64,000 nucleotides of DNA, from contig CAVZJB010000016.1 in the NCBI GenBank assembly GCA_963775425.1, forward strand, positions 1,024,001 through 1,088,000, in the 5' to 3' direction. A program made the position numbers and the translations under genes. A model generated the notes under the pieces. The model was not told where the DNA came from and did not search any database. It saw only the letters and a program-made list of their open reading frames with translations. Source of the DNA: an uncultured delta proteobacterium (GTDB lineage: Bacteria > Myxococcota > UBA727 > VGSZ01). The stretch's first letter is position 1. Every line of letters starts with the position of its first letter. This document shows, one piece after another, positions 20,485 to 29,144 of this stretch.

Positions 20485-21579
20485 TCAGCGCGGGTAGCGC
20501 GCGGTGTCGCCGCGGAAACCTCGCAGGACGACGTGGTCCTCGGCCTCTTCGACGAGGGGGCTCGGCCCCATCGGCACCTTGCCGAGGCCGCCCGGCACGT
20601 CGACGACGAAGGTGGGGATGGACAGCCCGCTCAGGTGCCCGCGCAAGGAGCCGTACAGCGCGCGCGCCTCGTCGAGGGGCACGCGGAACGCCTCGGTGCC
20701 GGGGGCGAGGTCGCACTGGTGCAGGTAGTAGGGCCGCGCGCGCAGCCGCGTGAGCGTCCGGAACAGCTCGACGAGCACGGCGCGGTCGTCGTTGACGCCG
20801 CGCAGGAGCACCGTCTGGTTCAGCACCGGGACGCCGGCGTCGACGAGGGCGCCCACGGCCCGCCTGGTGACCTCGGGCTGAAGCTCGCGCGGGTGGTTGA
20901 AGTGCGACAGCACGTAGACGGCCTTTTCGCCCCGCCGCGCGCGGATGAGGTCGACGAGCTCCCGGGTCACCCGCGTGGGGGCGAACGCGAGCATCCGCGT
21001 CGCCAGGCGCACGACGTCGAGGTGCTCGATGCGCGCGAGCGCCGACAGTAGCGACGCCAGCCGCTCGTCGGGGAGCACCAGGGCGTCTCCGCCGGAGACG
21101 ATCACCTCGCGCACCTCTTCGTGCGCGCGGACGTAGCCGAGCGCGGCGCCGAGCTCGTCGAGGGAGGGTCCCGGCCCCTGCCCGACGAAGCGCTTGCGCG
21201 TACAAAAGCGGCAGTACGCGGCGCAGCGGTCGGTGGCGAGGAGCAGCACGCGGTCGGGGTAGCGGTGCACCAGGAACGGCACCACCTCGAGCTCCTCCTC
21301 GCCGAGCGGGTCCTTGCGGTCCCACGACGACGGCGCGAATTCCGCCGCGCGCGGCACCACCTGAAGCCGCAAGGGATCGCGCGGGTCGTCGCGGTCGATG
21401 AGCGAGAGGAAGTGCGGCGTGACCCCGAGGGGGAGCCCGCCTTGTGCTTCGAGCGCCTCGACGCCGGCGCGCTCATCCTCGCTCAAGCGGAGCGCGCTCT
21501 CGAGCTCGACGCGGCGGCGCAGCGCGCCCCGGAGCTGGGCGCGCCAATCGGCGGCGTCGTCGACGACGGGCAACGGCAC
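20485..21579 (-). CDS. KamA-family radical SAM enzyme (lysine 2,3-aminomutase/EpmB-like)
   Basis: DPLGEE, HRYPDRVLL, CAAYCRFC (CxxxCxxC), HFNHPRE, NQTVLLRGVND and PGGLGK. Confidence 0.92.
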   Translation of the reverse strand: MPLPVVDDAADWRAQLRGALRRRVELESALRLSEDERAGVEALEAQGGLPLGVTPHFLSLIDRDDPRDPLRLQVVPRAAEFAPSSWDRKDPLGEEELEVVPFLVHRYPDRVLLLATDRCAAYCRFCTRKRFVGQGPGPSLDELGAALGYVRAHEEVREVIVSGGDALVLPDERLASLLSALARIEHLDVVRLATRMLAFAPTRVTRELVDLIRARRGEKAVYVLSHFNHPRELQPEVTRRAVGALVDAGVPVLNQTVLLRGVNDDRAVLVELFRTLTRLRARPYYLHQCDLAPGTEAFRVPLDEARALYGSLRGHLSGLSIPTFVVDVPGGLGKVPMGPSPLVEEAEDHVVLRGFRGDTARYPR

Positions 21580-21658
21580 GGCCCCTCATAGCCAGCGCCG
21601 GCGCCGACGCCAACCGCCCGTCGCGCGCGCTCGGGTCGGGAGGGCCGCGGCGCTTGGC

Positions 21659-22366
21659 CTACTTGCGCTTGGCCTGGGCCTTCTTCTGGCCCTGGGCGCG
21701 CAGCTTGTCGACGTCCAGCCCCTTTTCGCGCATGGCCTCCTCGAGGACGGAGGCCGTGGCCTGGGCGAGCGCGCGGGCGCGGATGCCGAAGGGCTGCTCG
21801 CCCTTGGGGTCCAGGTCCACGGCGTGCTTGAGGTCCCGGAGGGCTTTTTCGATCTCGCCGTGCTGCAGGAGGATCTCGGCGCGGTTGACGTGGGACGCGA
21901 GGTCCTTGGGGTTCAGCTCGATGGCGATGGAGTACTCCTCCTGCGCCTCCTCGTGCATGCCCTTCCTGCCGTAGATGGAGCCGAGCAGCGAGTGGAAGTA
22001 CCCGTCGTACGGGTTGGAGATGACGAGCCCCTCGACGATGGTCTGGGCCTGGTCGTACTTGCCCTGCTCGAAGAGGTTGTACGCGATCTCGGCGAAGGCG
22101 TACGCGTCCTGCATGGTGAGCCCGGTGAGCTCGGCCCACGTGATCTCGCCCAGCACGAACTTGGTGAGGTTCTCGTCACTGAAGTTGGGCGTGTTGATCT
22201 CGCCCGCCTCCATCATCTGAATCACCTCGTCCTGCGAGTAGGTCGAGGGGTCGCGGCGGGGGTCGAAGATCTTCTTCTTTGCCTTGCCCTGCGCGGCCTT
22301 GCTCGTCTCGAGCTGTTTTGCGAGGGCGGAGGCCTTGGCGGATTCGTGGGTTGTCTTCGTCGCCAT
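21659..22366 (-). CDS. SycD/LcrH-like TPR chaperone (type III secretion class II type) with N-terminal extension
   Basis: GEITWAELTGLT...AYNLFEQGKYDQAQTIVEGLVISNPYD followed by three TPR-like repeats. Start placed at MATKTT. Confidence 0.75.
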   Translation of the reverse strand: MATKTTHESAKASALAKQLETSKAAQGKAKKKIFDPRRDPSTYSQDEVIQMMEAGEINTPNFSDENLTKFVLGEITWAELTGLTMQDAYAFAEIAYNLFEQGKYDQAQTIVEGLVISNPYDGYFHSLLGSIYGRKGMHEEAQEEYSIAIELNPKDLASHVNRAEILLQHGEIEKALRDLKHAVDLDPKGEQPFGIRARALAQATASVLEEAMREKGLDVDKLRAQGQKKAQAKRK

Positions 22367-22397
22367 ACGTGGACCCCAAGTAGCACGCCTGCCTGCC

Positions 22398-22431
22398 AAA
22401 AGGGAACGGCGCCGCCGAAGCAGCGCCGTTC
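22398..22431 (-). terminator. Intrinsic terminator with cUUCGg tetraloop
   Basis: The minus strand reads GAACGGCGCTGC-TTCG-GCGGCGCCGTTC-CCTTTT, a 12-bp stem with one G-U pair. It begins 18 nt after the stop of the 22450-23325 gene. Confidence 0.75.
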
Positions 22432-22449
22432 ATCCAGGACCCGGAGCGA

Positions 22450-23325
22450 TCAGCCCGCCTTGATGTGGCGGATGGCGTTCATGGCCTGGTCGTTCATCGT
22501 GTTGAGCACGTTGCTCATGGCCTGCTGCATCTGCGACAGCTTCTGGATCTCGTTCTTGATGATCTCGAACTCGATGTTGCGGCTGTCGCTGTTGCCGTCC
22601 TGCGTCGCCCCGTTCACGCCGGGAGCGACCGCGCCGGTGGCCTGGCCCGCGACGTTGCCGCCGCTGTTGCTCTGGTTGTCCTTGGCCTCGAGCTCCTTCA
22701 GGCGCTCCTCGACCTTCTCCTGCTTGTCCTTGATGACGTCGATCATGAAGGCCGCGACGATGTCCTCGAACATCGCGGGCTTCGGCAGCGACGCCAGCAT
22801 GGAGCCGGGGCCCTGGTTCGAGCGCGTCATGCCGGTCATCTGGCGCACCTTGGCGGTGTTGTTGCCGAAGGCGAGCCGCATGCCGGTGCCGGCGACGTCA
22901 TTGAGCTGCATGCCCGTGGCGCCGCCCAGGATGCCGGTGAGCAGGTTGCCGATGCCCCCCTGCATGTTGGCCAGGCCGCCCATGGCGGTGAGGCCGAGGG
23001 CCGGGCCGGCGAGGCTGGCGAGGTTGAGCCCGCCACCGGCACCGCCCGAAAGGAAGCCCTTCGGGAGGACGTTCAGTGCAGCCGTAAGACCCAGTGTTGC
23101 CACAGGGGAATTGACACCGAAGGCCTTGAGAGCGTGCCGCGCGAGGGCGCCCTTGTTGACCTTGCTCAGGTCGAAGCCGTCCTTGGTCATGCCGCGCGAC
23201 AGCTCGGCGGCGAGGCCGATCATCTCCGCCGCCTTGTCCGGCACGCCGACCATCTTCAGAGCGCCCGAGAGGATGCCCGTCTTCGAGATACCAAACGCGC
23301 CCAATGCATCGCCGAGGAAACCCAT
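22450..23325 (-). CDS. Putative type III-secreted filament/translocator-like protein
   Basis: Gly/Leu-rich N-terminal half, then FEDIVAAFMIDVIKDKQEKVEERLKEL and a C-terminal amphipathic helix QKLSQMQQAMSNVLNTMNDQAMNAIRHIKAG. No signal peptide, GGAG RBS, flanked by two SycD-like genes. The CDS itself is secure; the function is inferred. Confidence 0.6.
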   Translation of the reverse strand: MGFLGDALGAFGISKTGILSGALKMVGVPDKAAEMIGLAAELSRGMTKDGFDLSKVNKGALARHALKAFGVNSPVATLGLTAALNVLPKGFLSGGAGGGLNLASLAGPALGLTAMGGLANMQGGIGNLLTGILGGATGMQLNDVAGTGMRLAFGNNTAKVRQMTGMTRSNQGPGSMLASLPKPAMFEDIVAAFMIDVIKDKQEKVEERLKELEAKDNQSNSGGNVAGQATGAVAPGVNGATQDGNSDSRNIEFEIIKNEIQKLSQMQQAMSNVLNTMNDQAMNAIRHIKAG

Positions 23326-23384
23326 GATGTACTCCGTGTGTTGTTGTCGCGCGGAACGACCGCCGTTCCAGCGGGACCAACAGG

Positions 23385-23410
23385 TTATCGCAGGACGGTT
23401 ACCCAGGTTG
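23385..23410 (-). promoter_or_regulatory. Putative sigma28(FliA)-like promoter, copy 1
   Basis: The minus strand reads CAAC-ctgggtaaccgtcct-GCGATAA (15-nt spacer), about 60 nt upstream of ATG 23325. The same arrangement occurs at 61265-61290. Confidence 0.6.
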
Positions 23411-23544
23411 CGGATGTCGGCGAAGGTGTGATCGGATCCGAAGTCCGTGTTTATCCTACATTTCCCGCGCTTCGGCCCGCCGCCGCGTCCGCTCGGGGTC
23501 CGGGATTTCCCCCGCCTCGACCCCGCGCGTTATTCATACGGCGG

Positions 23545-24012
23545 ATGCCCGAGCCGGTAGATCCCCAGAAGCTGCCCGCGCTCCTGCCGAAATGGGCCGC
23601 CGGCCAGATCACGTTGAAGGAGCTCAAGGGCTACTCGGACGACGAGCTCTACGCCATCGCGCACACCGGCTACTTCTTCCTGATGCAGGGGAAGAACCAC
23701 GAGGCGCGCACGCTGTTCGAGGGCCTCGTCGCCATCGACCCGCGCAACGACTACTACTACCGCGCGCTCGGCGTGATCTTTCACAAGCTCGGCGACGCCG
23801 AGCGCGCGCTCAAGCAGTTCGGCTACGCCATCCGCGTGAGCCCGCGCTCGCCGAACGCCTACGTCAACCGCGCCGAGGTCTTCATCTCGACGTCGCGCTA
23901 CCAGGAGGCCGCCGGCGACCTGCGCCGCGCCCTCGAGCACATGGGGCCCCGCGACGTCGCGCTCGCCCGCAAGGCGCGCGCGCTCCTGGGCGTCGTCACG
24001 CGGAGACGATGA
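23545..24012 (+). CDS. Second SycD/LcrH-like TPR chaperone
   Basis: GQITLKELKGYSDDELYAIAHTGYFFLMQGKNHEARTLFEGLVAIDPRNDYYYRALG closely follows the SycD/LcrH N-terminal pattern. It is hidden at the end of the long 22465 ORF in the track. Confidence 0.8.
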   Translation: MPEPVDPQKLPALLPKWAAGQITLKELKGYSDDELYAIAHTGYFFLMQGKNHEARTLFEGLVAIDPRNDYYYRALGVIFHKLGDAERALKQFGYAIRVSPRSPNAYVNRAEVFISTSRYQEAAGDLRRALEHMGPRDVALARKARALLGVVTRRR

Positions 24013-24112
24013 TGCGCTTCGCCGCCGTCGCCCTCGTCGTCTTCGCCGCCGCGCGACGCGCCGGCGAGCGAGCGACGCGCAGCTTTGAGCACCCCCTCGT
24101 CGCGGGCCACTG

Positions 24113-24820
24113 ATGGCCGTCGAGCGCGCGGTCCTGCTCATCGCGGACATCGGCGGGTACACGCGCTTCATGACGTACCACCGGCTGAACCTCGCGCACG
24201 CGCAGGACACCATCGCGCGCCTGCTCGAGGCGGTCATCGACGCCGCCGGCCGGTTCAAGCTCGCCAAGCTCGAGGGCGACGCCGCGTTCTTCGCCGGCCC
24301 CGTCGCCGACGACACCGGCGACGCCGTCGCGGGCATGCGGCGCGCTTTCCTCAAACAGAAGAACAAGCTGGTCTCGGACCGCATGTGCACGTGCGACTCG
24401 TGCATGCAGATCGAGATGCTCAAGCTGAAGTTCGTGCTCCACGAGGGCGAGCTCGTGCGACAGAAGGTGAAGGGTCGCGAGGAGCTCGCGGGCGTCGACG
24501 TCATCCTCGTGCACCGCATGCTCAAAAACGACGTCCCGCTGAAGGAGTACGTGCTGGCCTCCGACCAGGCCAAAAAGCACGTCTCGCCGCTCGGCGAGCC
24601 CACCGAGATCATGCACAGCCTCGAGGGGCTCGGCGACGTGCGCACCCACTACGTCGACCTCACGACGCTGTCACTCGACGAGCCGCCGCCTCCGCCGCCC
24701 AAGGGGCTCAGGAAGCTCCTCACCAAGATCGCGTTCGAGGCCCGCTCGCTGCCGTACCTGATCGGCCTCAAAGAGCCGTGCAAGGACTTCGACTCGGTGC
24801 CCAAGCCCGACGAACGCTGA
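24113..24820 (+). CDS. DUF2652 family protein (nucleotide-cyclase-like fold)
   Basis: LLIADIGGYTRFM, KLEGDAAFF, CTCDSC, LKLKFVLHEGE and GVDVILVHRMLKN. Confidence 0.85.
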   Translation: MAVERAVLLIADIGGYTRFMTYHRLNLAHAQDTIARLLEAVIDAAGRFKLAKLEGDAAFFAGPVADDTGDAVAGMRRAFLKQKNKLVSDRMCTCDSCMQIEMLKLKFVLHEGELVRQKVKGREELAGVDVILVHRMLKNDVPLKEYVLASDQAKKHVSPLGEPTEIMHSLEGLGDVRTHYVDLTTLSLDEPPPPPPKGLRKLLTKIAFEARSLPYLIGLKEPCKDFDSVPKPDER

Positions 24821-24844
24821 AAGGCTGCCAAAAAATAAGGCTCG

Positions 24845-25460
24845 TAGCAGCACTCGGCGAAGCCGCCCACAAGGTGGCTCGCCGCGCGGAGTACGTGGCG
24901 AGGCACGTCGGCGCGCAAGAACCGCTGCAGGTTGTGAGGAAACGGCGGGTCCGAGCGGTGTTGTGATCCCGTTATCAGCGCACGTGGCGGGTTCGCGCGG
25001 GTCGTGTGCGCGCCGACGTGCCTCGATGCGACGTCGGCGCGGACCCACCGCCAAACTGCTCGGGGCCGATGAGGTCGTCCACGGCCTGGGTCTTCAGCTT
25101 GGGCGCTCTGAATCAGCGAAGGCTAGACAACGTCGCCACCGCCGGAGCGGAAGGAGCGGAGAGCTCGGCGCCCCGGCGCTCAACTCGGCGCGCGTCTTCG
25201 TCGCCGAGCTCGGAGCTCCTTTCCGCTCCGCCGTGTGGCCGTAGCACCGTCCCCTTCCGGGTGGCTCGGATCAACGGTCCATCGGGCCAGCCCTCGTCGC
25301 CAATCGCGCGCGCTGCATCGGCCGCAGGGCCCCCCTCGCGGGGCGCGTCGGAGGGCCCGGCGACGTCCCCGGCGTCTCTCCGACGCGGGCGACAAGCCCG
25401 CGCTACGGACCGTCGACGGAGCCGTCGGCCGTGGCCCGGGGCGCTGCGTCGACGGAGGTC
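24845..25460. other. Palindrome-rich intergenic region (candidate structured RNA or REP/MITE-like repeat cluster)
   Basis: 19-bp perfect inverted repeat at 24899-24917/25007-25025. 11-bp IR at 25009-25019/25031-25041. Long imperfect hairpin at 25144-25170/25202-25229. 10-bp IR at 25344-25353/25378-25387. No credible ORF. Confidence 0.5.
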
Positions 25461-25464
25461 GCGC

Positions 25465-26868
25465 TCACGCGCGGTAACGGGCGACGCGCAGGGCGGCGGC
25501 GAAGTCGGCGGCGGCGACGCGGGCGCTGTCGGGCTCGAGCTGTTCGATCTTGTCGTTGAGGGCCGCGCGCGCCTGCTCCCAGACGGCGTCGAACGCGCCG
25601 GCCTTCTCGACGACGAGGTGGAAGAGCTTCTCCGCGGGCTGCTTGTTGCCGTAGACGCCCGGACGAAAGAGCGTGAAGTCCCACGCGTAGGTGGCGGCGC
25701 CGTCGCCGTCGTCGTCGCGGACGATGGCGGCGAGGCCGGCGCTTATCTGCTCGGTGAGCGAGACCACCTCCCAGTGCCCCTCCTCGTGCTCGTCCTCGTC
25801 GTCGACGACGTTGGTGTGCCCGCGCCGCTCGTCGGCGATGTCCTCGTCGCCGGCGGGGGCGTTGCCGTCGCGCCCGGCCTTCCACGGATCGTCGACGTCG
25901 CCGGCCGCGCCGTCGGCGTGCGCCCCGGGGGCGCCGCTGTGCGCGAGCTCCTGCGGGGCGTCGCGCGCCTCGGCGCCGCGCGCCCCGTCGCCTCTCTGCG
26001 CGCCGTCGCCGCGGTCGGCGCGGCCGTCGCCGCGCGCGCCGTCGTCGCCGCGGGCGCTCCCCTCGGTGCGCGCGTCCTCACCGTGGGCGGCGGGAGCGCC
26101 TGAGCGTCCGTCGCCGGCGCGCGCCTCGTCGGCGGCGCGCGCGTCGCGGTTGTCCGACGACGTCAGCGGCAGCGCGCGCTCGTCGACGATGCCGCGGCGG
26201 ACCAGCGCCTCTGCGGTCTTTCCGTCGAGCTGCCCGGAGGCAGGGAGGCCCTCGGCGCGCTGCAGCTTCTTGAGCGCGTCCTTGAGCTGCTCGGCGCCCT
26301 TGCCGCCACCCGCGAAGCCCGCCGCGCGCAGCGACGACAGGAAGCTCTTCAGGTCGAGCTCGGGGGGCTTGTCGCGCGCGGACTTGTCCACCGCCTGCTC
26401 GAGCTCGACCGCCTGCGCGCTCCTGGCGCCCTCGGGGACGCCGGCGTCGCCACGGGGCAAGCCGAGGTCGCCGCCGAGCCGGCGCCCGTCGGCGTCGAAC
26501 GACGCGGGCCGCTCGCCCGCTCGCGCCGGCGCCGTCGTCGACGACGCCTCCTCGGCGCCGCGCGGCATGAGCCCGGCCTCCTCGAGCGCCGCGTGCGTCT
26601 CGTGATCGAGCACGCCGGTCTCCGGCAGGCCGCGCTCCTTCTGGAACAGCTTCAGCGCCTGCGCGAGCTCGCCGTCCGCGTTGCCCGTCTTGGCGACGGG
26701 GAAGCCGGCGGCGCGCAGCCCGGCCAGGAGCTGGGCGACGAGCTTCTTCGCCTCCGTCGGCGTGCGCGCCGAGCCGAAGTCCATGAGCCGCTGCAGCGGC
26801 GACTTCGGTTGTTGCCGCGCGGGCCGCGGCGCTTGCGGGAGCTCCGGGTGCTTTGCGCGGATGGCCAT
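25465..26868 (-). CDS. Protein with two peptidoglycan-binding-like (PG_binding_1) repeats and an unknown C-terminal domain
   Basis: LRAAGF...ALKLFQKERGLPETGVLDHETHAAL and LRAAGF...ALKKLQRAEGLPASGQLDGKTAEAL. Confidence 0.8.
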   Translation of the reverse strand: MAIRAKHPELPQAPRPARQQPKSPLQRLMDFGSARTPTEAKKLVAQLLAGLRAAGFPVAKTGNADGELAQALKLFQKERGLPETGVLDHETHAALEEAGLMPRGAEEASSTTAPARAGERPASFDADGRRLGGDLGLPRGDAGVPEGARSAQAVELEQAVDKSARDKPPELDLKSFLSSLRAAGFAGGGKGAEQLKDALKKLQRAEGLPASGQLDGKTAEALVRRGIVDERALPLTSSDNRDARAADEARAGDGRSGAPAAHGEDARTEGSARGDDGARGDGRADRGDGAQRGDGARGAEARDAPQELAHSGAPGAHADGAAGDVDDPWKAGRDGNAPAGDEDIADERRGHTNVVDDEDEHEEGHWEVVSLTEQISAGLAAIVRDDDGDGAATYAWDFTLFRPGVYGNKQPAEKLFHLVVEKAGAFDAVWEQARAALNDKIEQLEPDSARVAAADFAAALRVARYRA

Positions 26869-26911
26869 GGCGCACGACGAGGTTAGCCGATATGCGGCGC
26901 GCGGAGGTCCC

Positions 26912-29125
26912 ATGCTCCATGTCGTCGTCATCGCGGCCCTCGCTGCCGCGCCGAGCCTGTCCACGCAGAAGGCGGCCCCCGCCCCCCGCAAGGAGAACGC
27001 CGTGAAGTATCCCGTCGCCAAGAAGGGCAACGTCGTCGACGACTACCACGGGCAGAAGATCGCCGACCCGTACCGCTGGCTCGAGGACCCCGACGCCGAC
27101 GACACGCGCGCGTGGGTGAAGGCAGAAAACGAGGTCACCTTCGGCTGGCTCGACCGCGTCCCCGACCGCGACGCGCTCAAGCAGCGGCTCACCGAGCTGT
27201 GGAACTACGAGCGGTACAGCCCACCCTCCGTCGAGGGCAAGGGCAAGGACCAGCGCGTGTTCTTCTTCAAGAACGACGGCCTCCAGAACCAGGCGGTGCT
27301 CTACGTGCAGGACGTCCACGGCGGCGACGCCCGCGCGCAAGACGGCGTCAAGCTGTCGGCGCCGCGGGTGCTCCTCGACCCCAACACGTGGACCAAGGAC
27401 GGGACCGTGGCCCTGTCGGGGATGAGCGTCAGCGACGACGGCAGGCTCATGGCGTACGCCAGGTCCGTCGGCGGCAGCGACTGGATGGAGTGGCACGTCA
27501 TGGACGTGCGCACGGGCAAGGACCTTCCCGACGTCGTCAAGTGGTCCAAATTCTCCGGCGCCTCGTGGACCAAGGACGACAAGGGCTTCTTCTACTCGCG
27601 CTACCCGGAGCCCAAGAAGGGCGAGGACCTCGAGCAGGCCAACTACCACCAGAAGGTCTACTACCACCGCCTCGGCGAGCCGCAGGACAAGGACACCCTC
27701 GTCGTCGAGGACAAGGACCACAAGACGTGGGGCTTTTCCGCAGGCGTCACGGAGGACGGCCGCTACCTGCTGGTCCACGTCTGGGACGGCACCGACCGCC
27801 GCACCCGCGTCTGGTTCAAGGACCTGCACCAGAAGAAGGACGGGCCGCTCGTCAAGCTGTTCAACGACTTCGACGCCGCCTACGGCGTGCTCGGCAACGT
27901 CGGGAGCACGTTCTACGTGCAAACGGATCTCGACGCCCCCCGCCAACGCGTCGTGAGCGTGGACGTCGCGCACTTCAAGGAGGGCGACAAGCCCAAGCTC
28001 GTCGAGGTCATCCCGGAGGCGCCGAAAGACAAGCTCGACAGCGCCACGATGATCGGCGGCGGCTTCCTGGTGCGCTGGCTGCAGAACGCGCACGACGTCG
28101 TCACCATCCACGACATCCACGGCAAGAAGCTGCGCGACGTCGTCCTGCCGTCCATCGGCACCACCGGCGGCTTCGCCGGCCGCCAGAACGACAGCGAGAC
28201 CTGGTACGCCTTCACCTCGTTCACCTACCCGACGGTCATCTACAAGCTCGACGTGTCGTCCGGCGTGTCGACGCTGTTTCAACAGCCCAAGGTCAAGTTC
28301 AACCCCGCCGACTACGAGACCAAGCAGGTCTTCTACACGTCCAAGGACGGCACCCGGATCCCGATGTTCCTCGTGCACAAAAAGGGGCTCGCCTACGACG
28401 GCAAGAACCCCACGTACCTGTACGCCTACGGCGGCTTCAACATCTCGCTCACCCCGGCGTTCTCCACGGCGCTCATCGCTTGGCTCGAGAAGGGCGGCGT
28501 ATACGCGCAGCCGTCCCTGCGCGGCGGCGGCGAATTCGGCGAGGAGTGGCACCAGGCGGGCATGCTCGACAAGAAGCAGAACGTCTTCGACGACTTCGCG
28601 GCGGCGGCCCGGTGGCTCGTCGACAACGGGGTGACGTCACACGAGCGCCTCGGCATCGGCGGCGGGAGCAACGGGGGCCTGTTGTGCGGGGCCACCGTCA
28701 CGCAGCACCCGGAGCTCGTGGGCGCCGCCGTGTGCATGGTGGGCGTCATGGACATGCTGCGGTTCCACAAGTTCACCATCGGCCACGCGTGGGTGAGCGA
28801 GTACGGCAGCAGCGACGATCCGAAGATGTTCCCGGTGCTGCGCGCGTACTCCCCGCTGCACAACCTCAAGGAGGGCGTGAAGTACCCCGCCACGCTCATC
28901 ACCACCGCCGACCACGACGACCGCGTCGTCCCCGCGCACTCCTTCAAGTTCGCCGCCACCATGCAGGAGGCGCAGGGGGGCGACGCGCCCGTGCTCATCC
29001 GTATCGAGGTGAAGGCCGGCCACGGCGCGGGCAAGCCCACCTCCAAGCTCATCGAAGAGGCCGCTGACCGCTGGGCGTTCCTGCGGGCGGCCCTCGGCGT
29101 CGAAGAGCTCACCCCCGCGCGCTGA
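26912..29125 (+). CDS. Prolyl oligopeptidase (S9A), secreted
   Basis: DPYRWLED, YGGFNIS, GGSNGG (Ser), DHDDRV (Asp) and AGHGAGK (His), plus a signal peptide and GGAGG RBS. Confidence 0.97.
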   Translation: MLHVVVIAALAAAPSLSTQKAAPAPRKENAVKYPVAKKGNVVDDYHGQKIADPYRWLEDPDADDTRAWVKAENEVTFGWLDRVPDRDALKQRLTELWNYERYSPPSVEGKGKDQRVFFFKNDGLQNQAVLYVQDVHGGDARAQDGVKLSAPRVLLDPNTWTKDGTVALSGMSVSDDGRLMAYARSVGGSDWMEWHVMDVRTGKDLPDVVKWSKFSGASWTKDDKGFFYSRYPEPKKGEDLEQANYHQKVYYHRLGEPQDKDTLVVEDKDHKTWGFSAGVTEDGRYLLVHVWDGTDRRTRVWFKDLHQKKDGPLVKLFNDFDAAYGVLGNVGSTFYVQTDLDAPRQRVVSVDVAHFKEGDKPKLVEVIPEAPKDKLDSATMIGGGFLVRWLQNAHDVVTIHDIHGKKLRDVVLPSIGTTGGFAGRQNDSETWYAFTSFTYPTVIYKLDVSSGVSTLFQQPKVKFNPADYETKQVFYTSKDGTRIPMFLVHKKGLAYDGKNPTYLYAYGGFNISLTPAFSTALIAWLEKGGVYAQPSLRGGGEFGEEWHQAGMLDKKQNVFDDFAAAARWLVDNGVTSHERLGIGGGSNGGLLCGATVTQHPELVGAAVCMVGVMDMLRFHKFTIGHAWVSEYGSSDDPKMFPVLRAYSPLHNLKEGVKYPATLITTADHDDRVVPAHSFKFAATMQEAQGGDAPVLIRIEVKAGHGAGKPTSKLIEEAADRWAFLRAALGVEELTPAR

Positions 29126-29144
29126 CGTCGTGGCCCGCGCGCGC

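Noticed and set aside
22382-22400. TGGCAGGCAGGCGTGC as a sigma54 promoter for the SycD-like gene
   Set aside because: The GG-to-GC spacing is one base too long for -24/-12.
24930-24960. GAGGAAA...GTCC resembling RNase P RNA; tmRNA and retron msr-msd were also considered for this gap
   Set aside because: GAGGAAAGTCC is not contiguous and there is no matching 3' P4 strand. There are no tRNA-like ends and no reverse transcriptase in the window.
25240-25300. Minus-strand GAGGGCTGGCCCGATGG...GGTGCTA resembling a SAM-I riboswitch
   Set aside because: It lacks the ATC/GAT P1 helix and the GCAACC segment, and there is no downstream gene on that strand.
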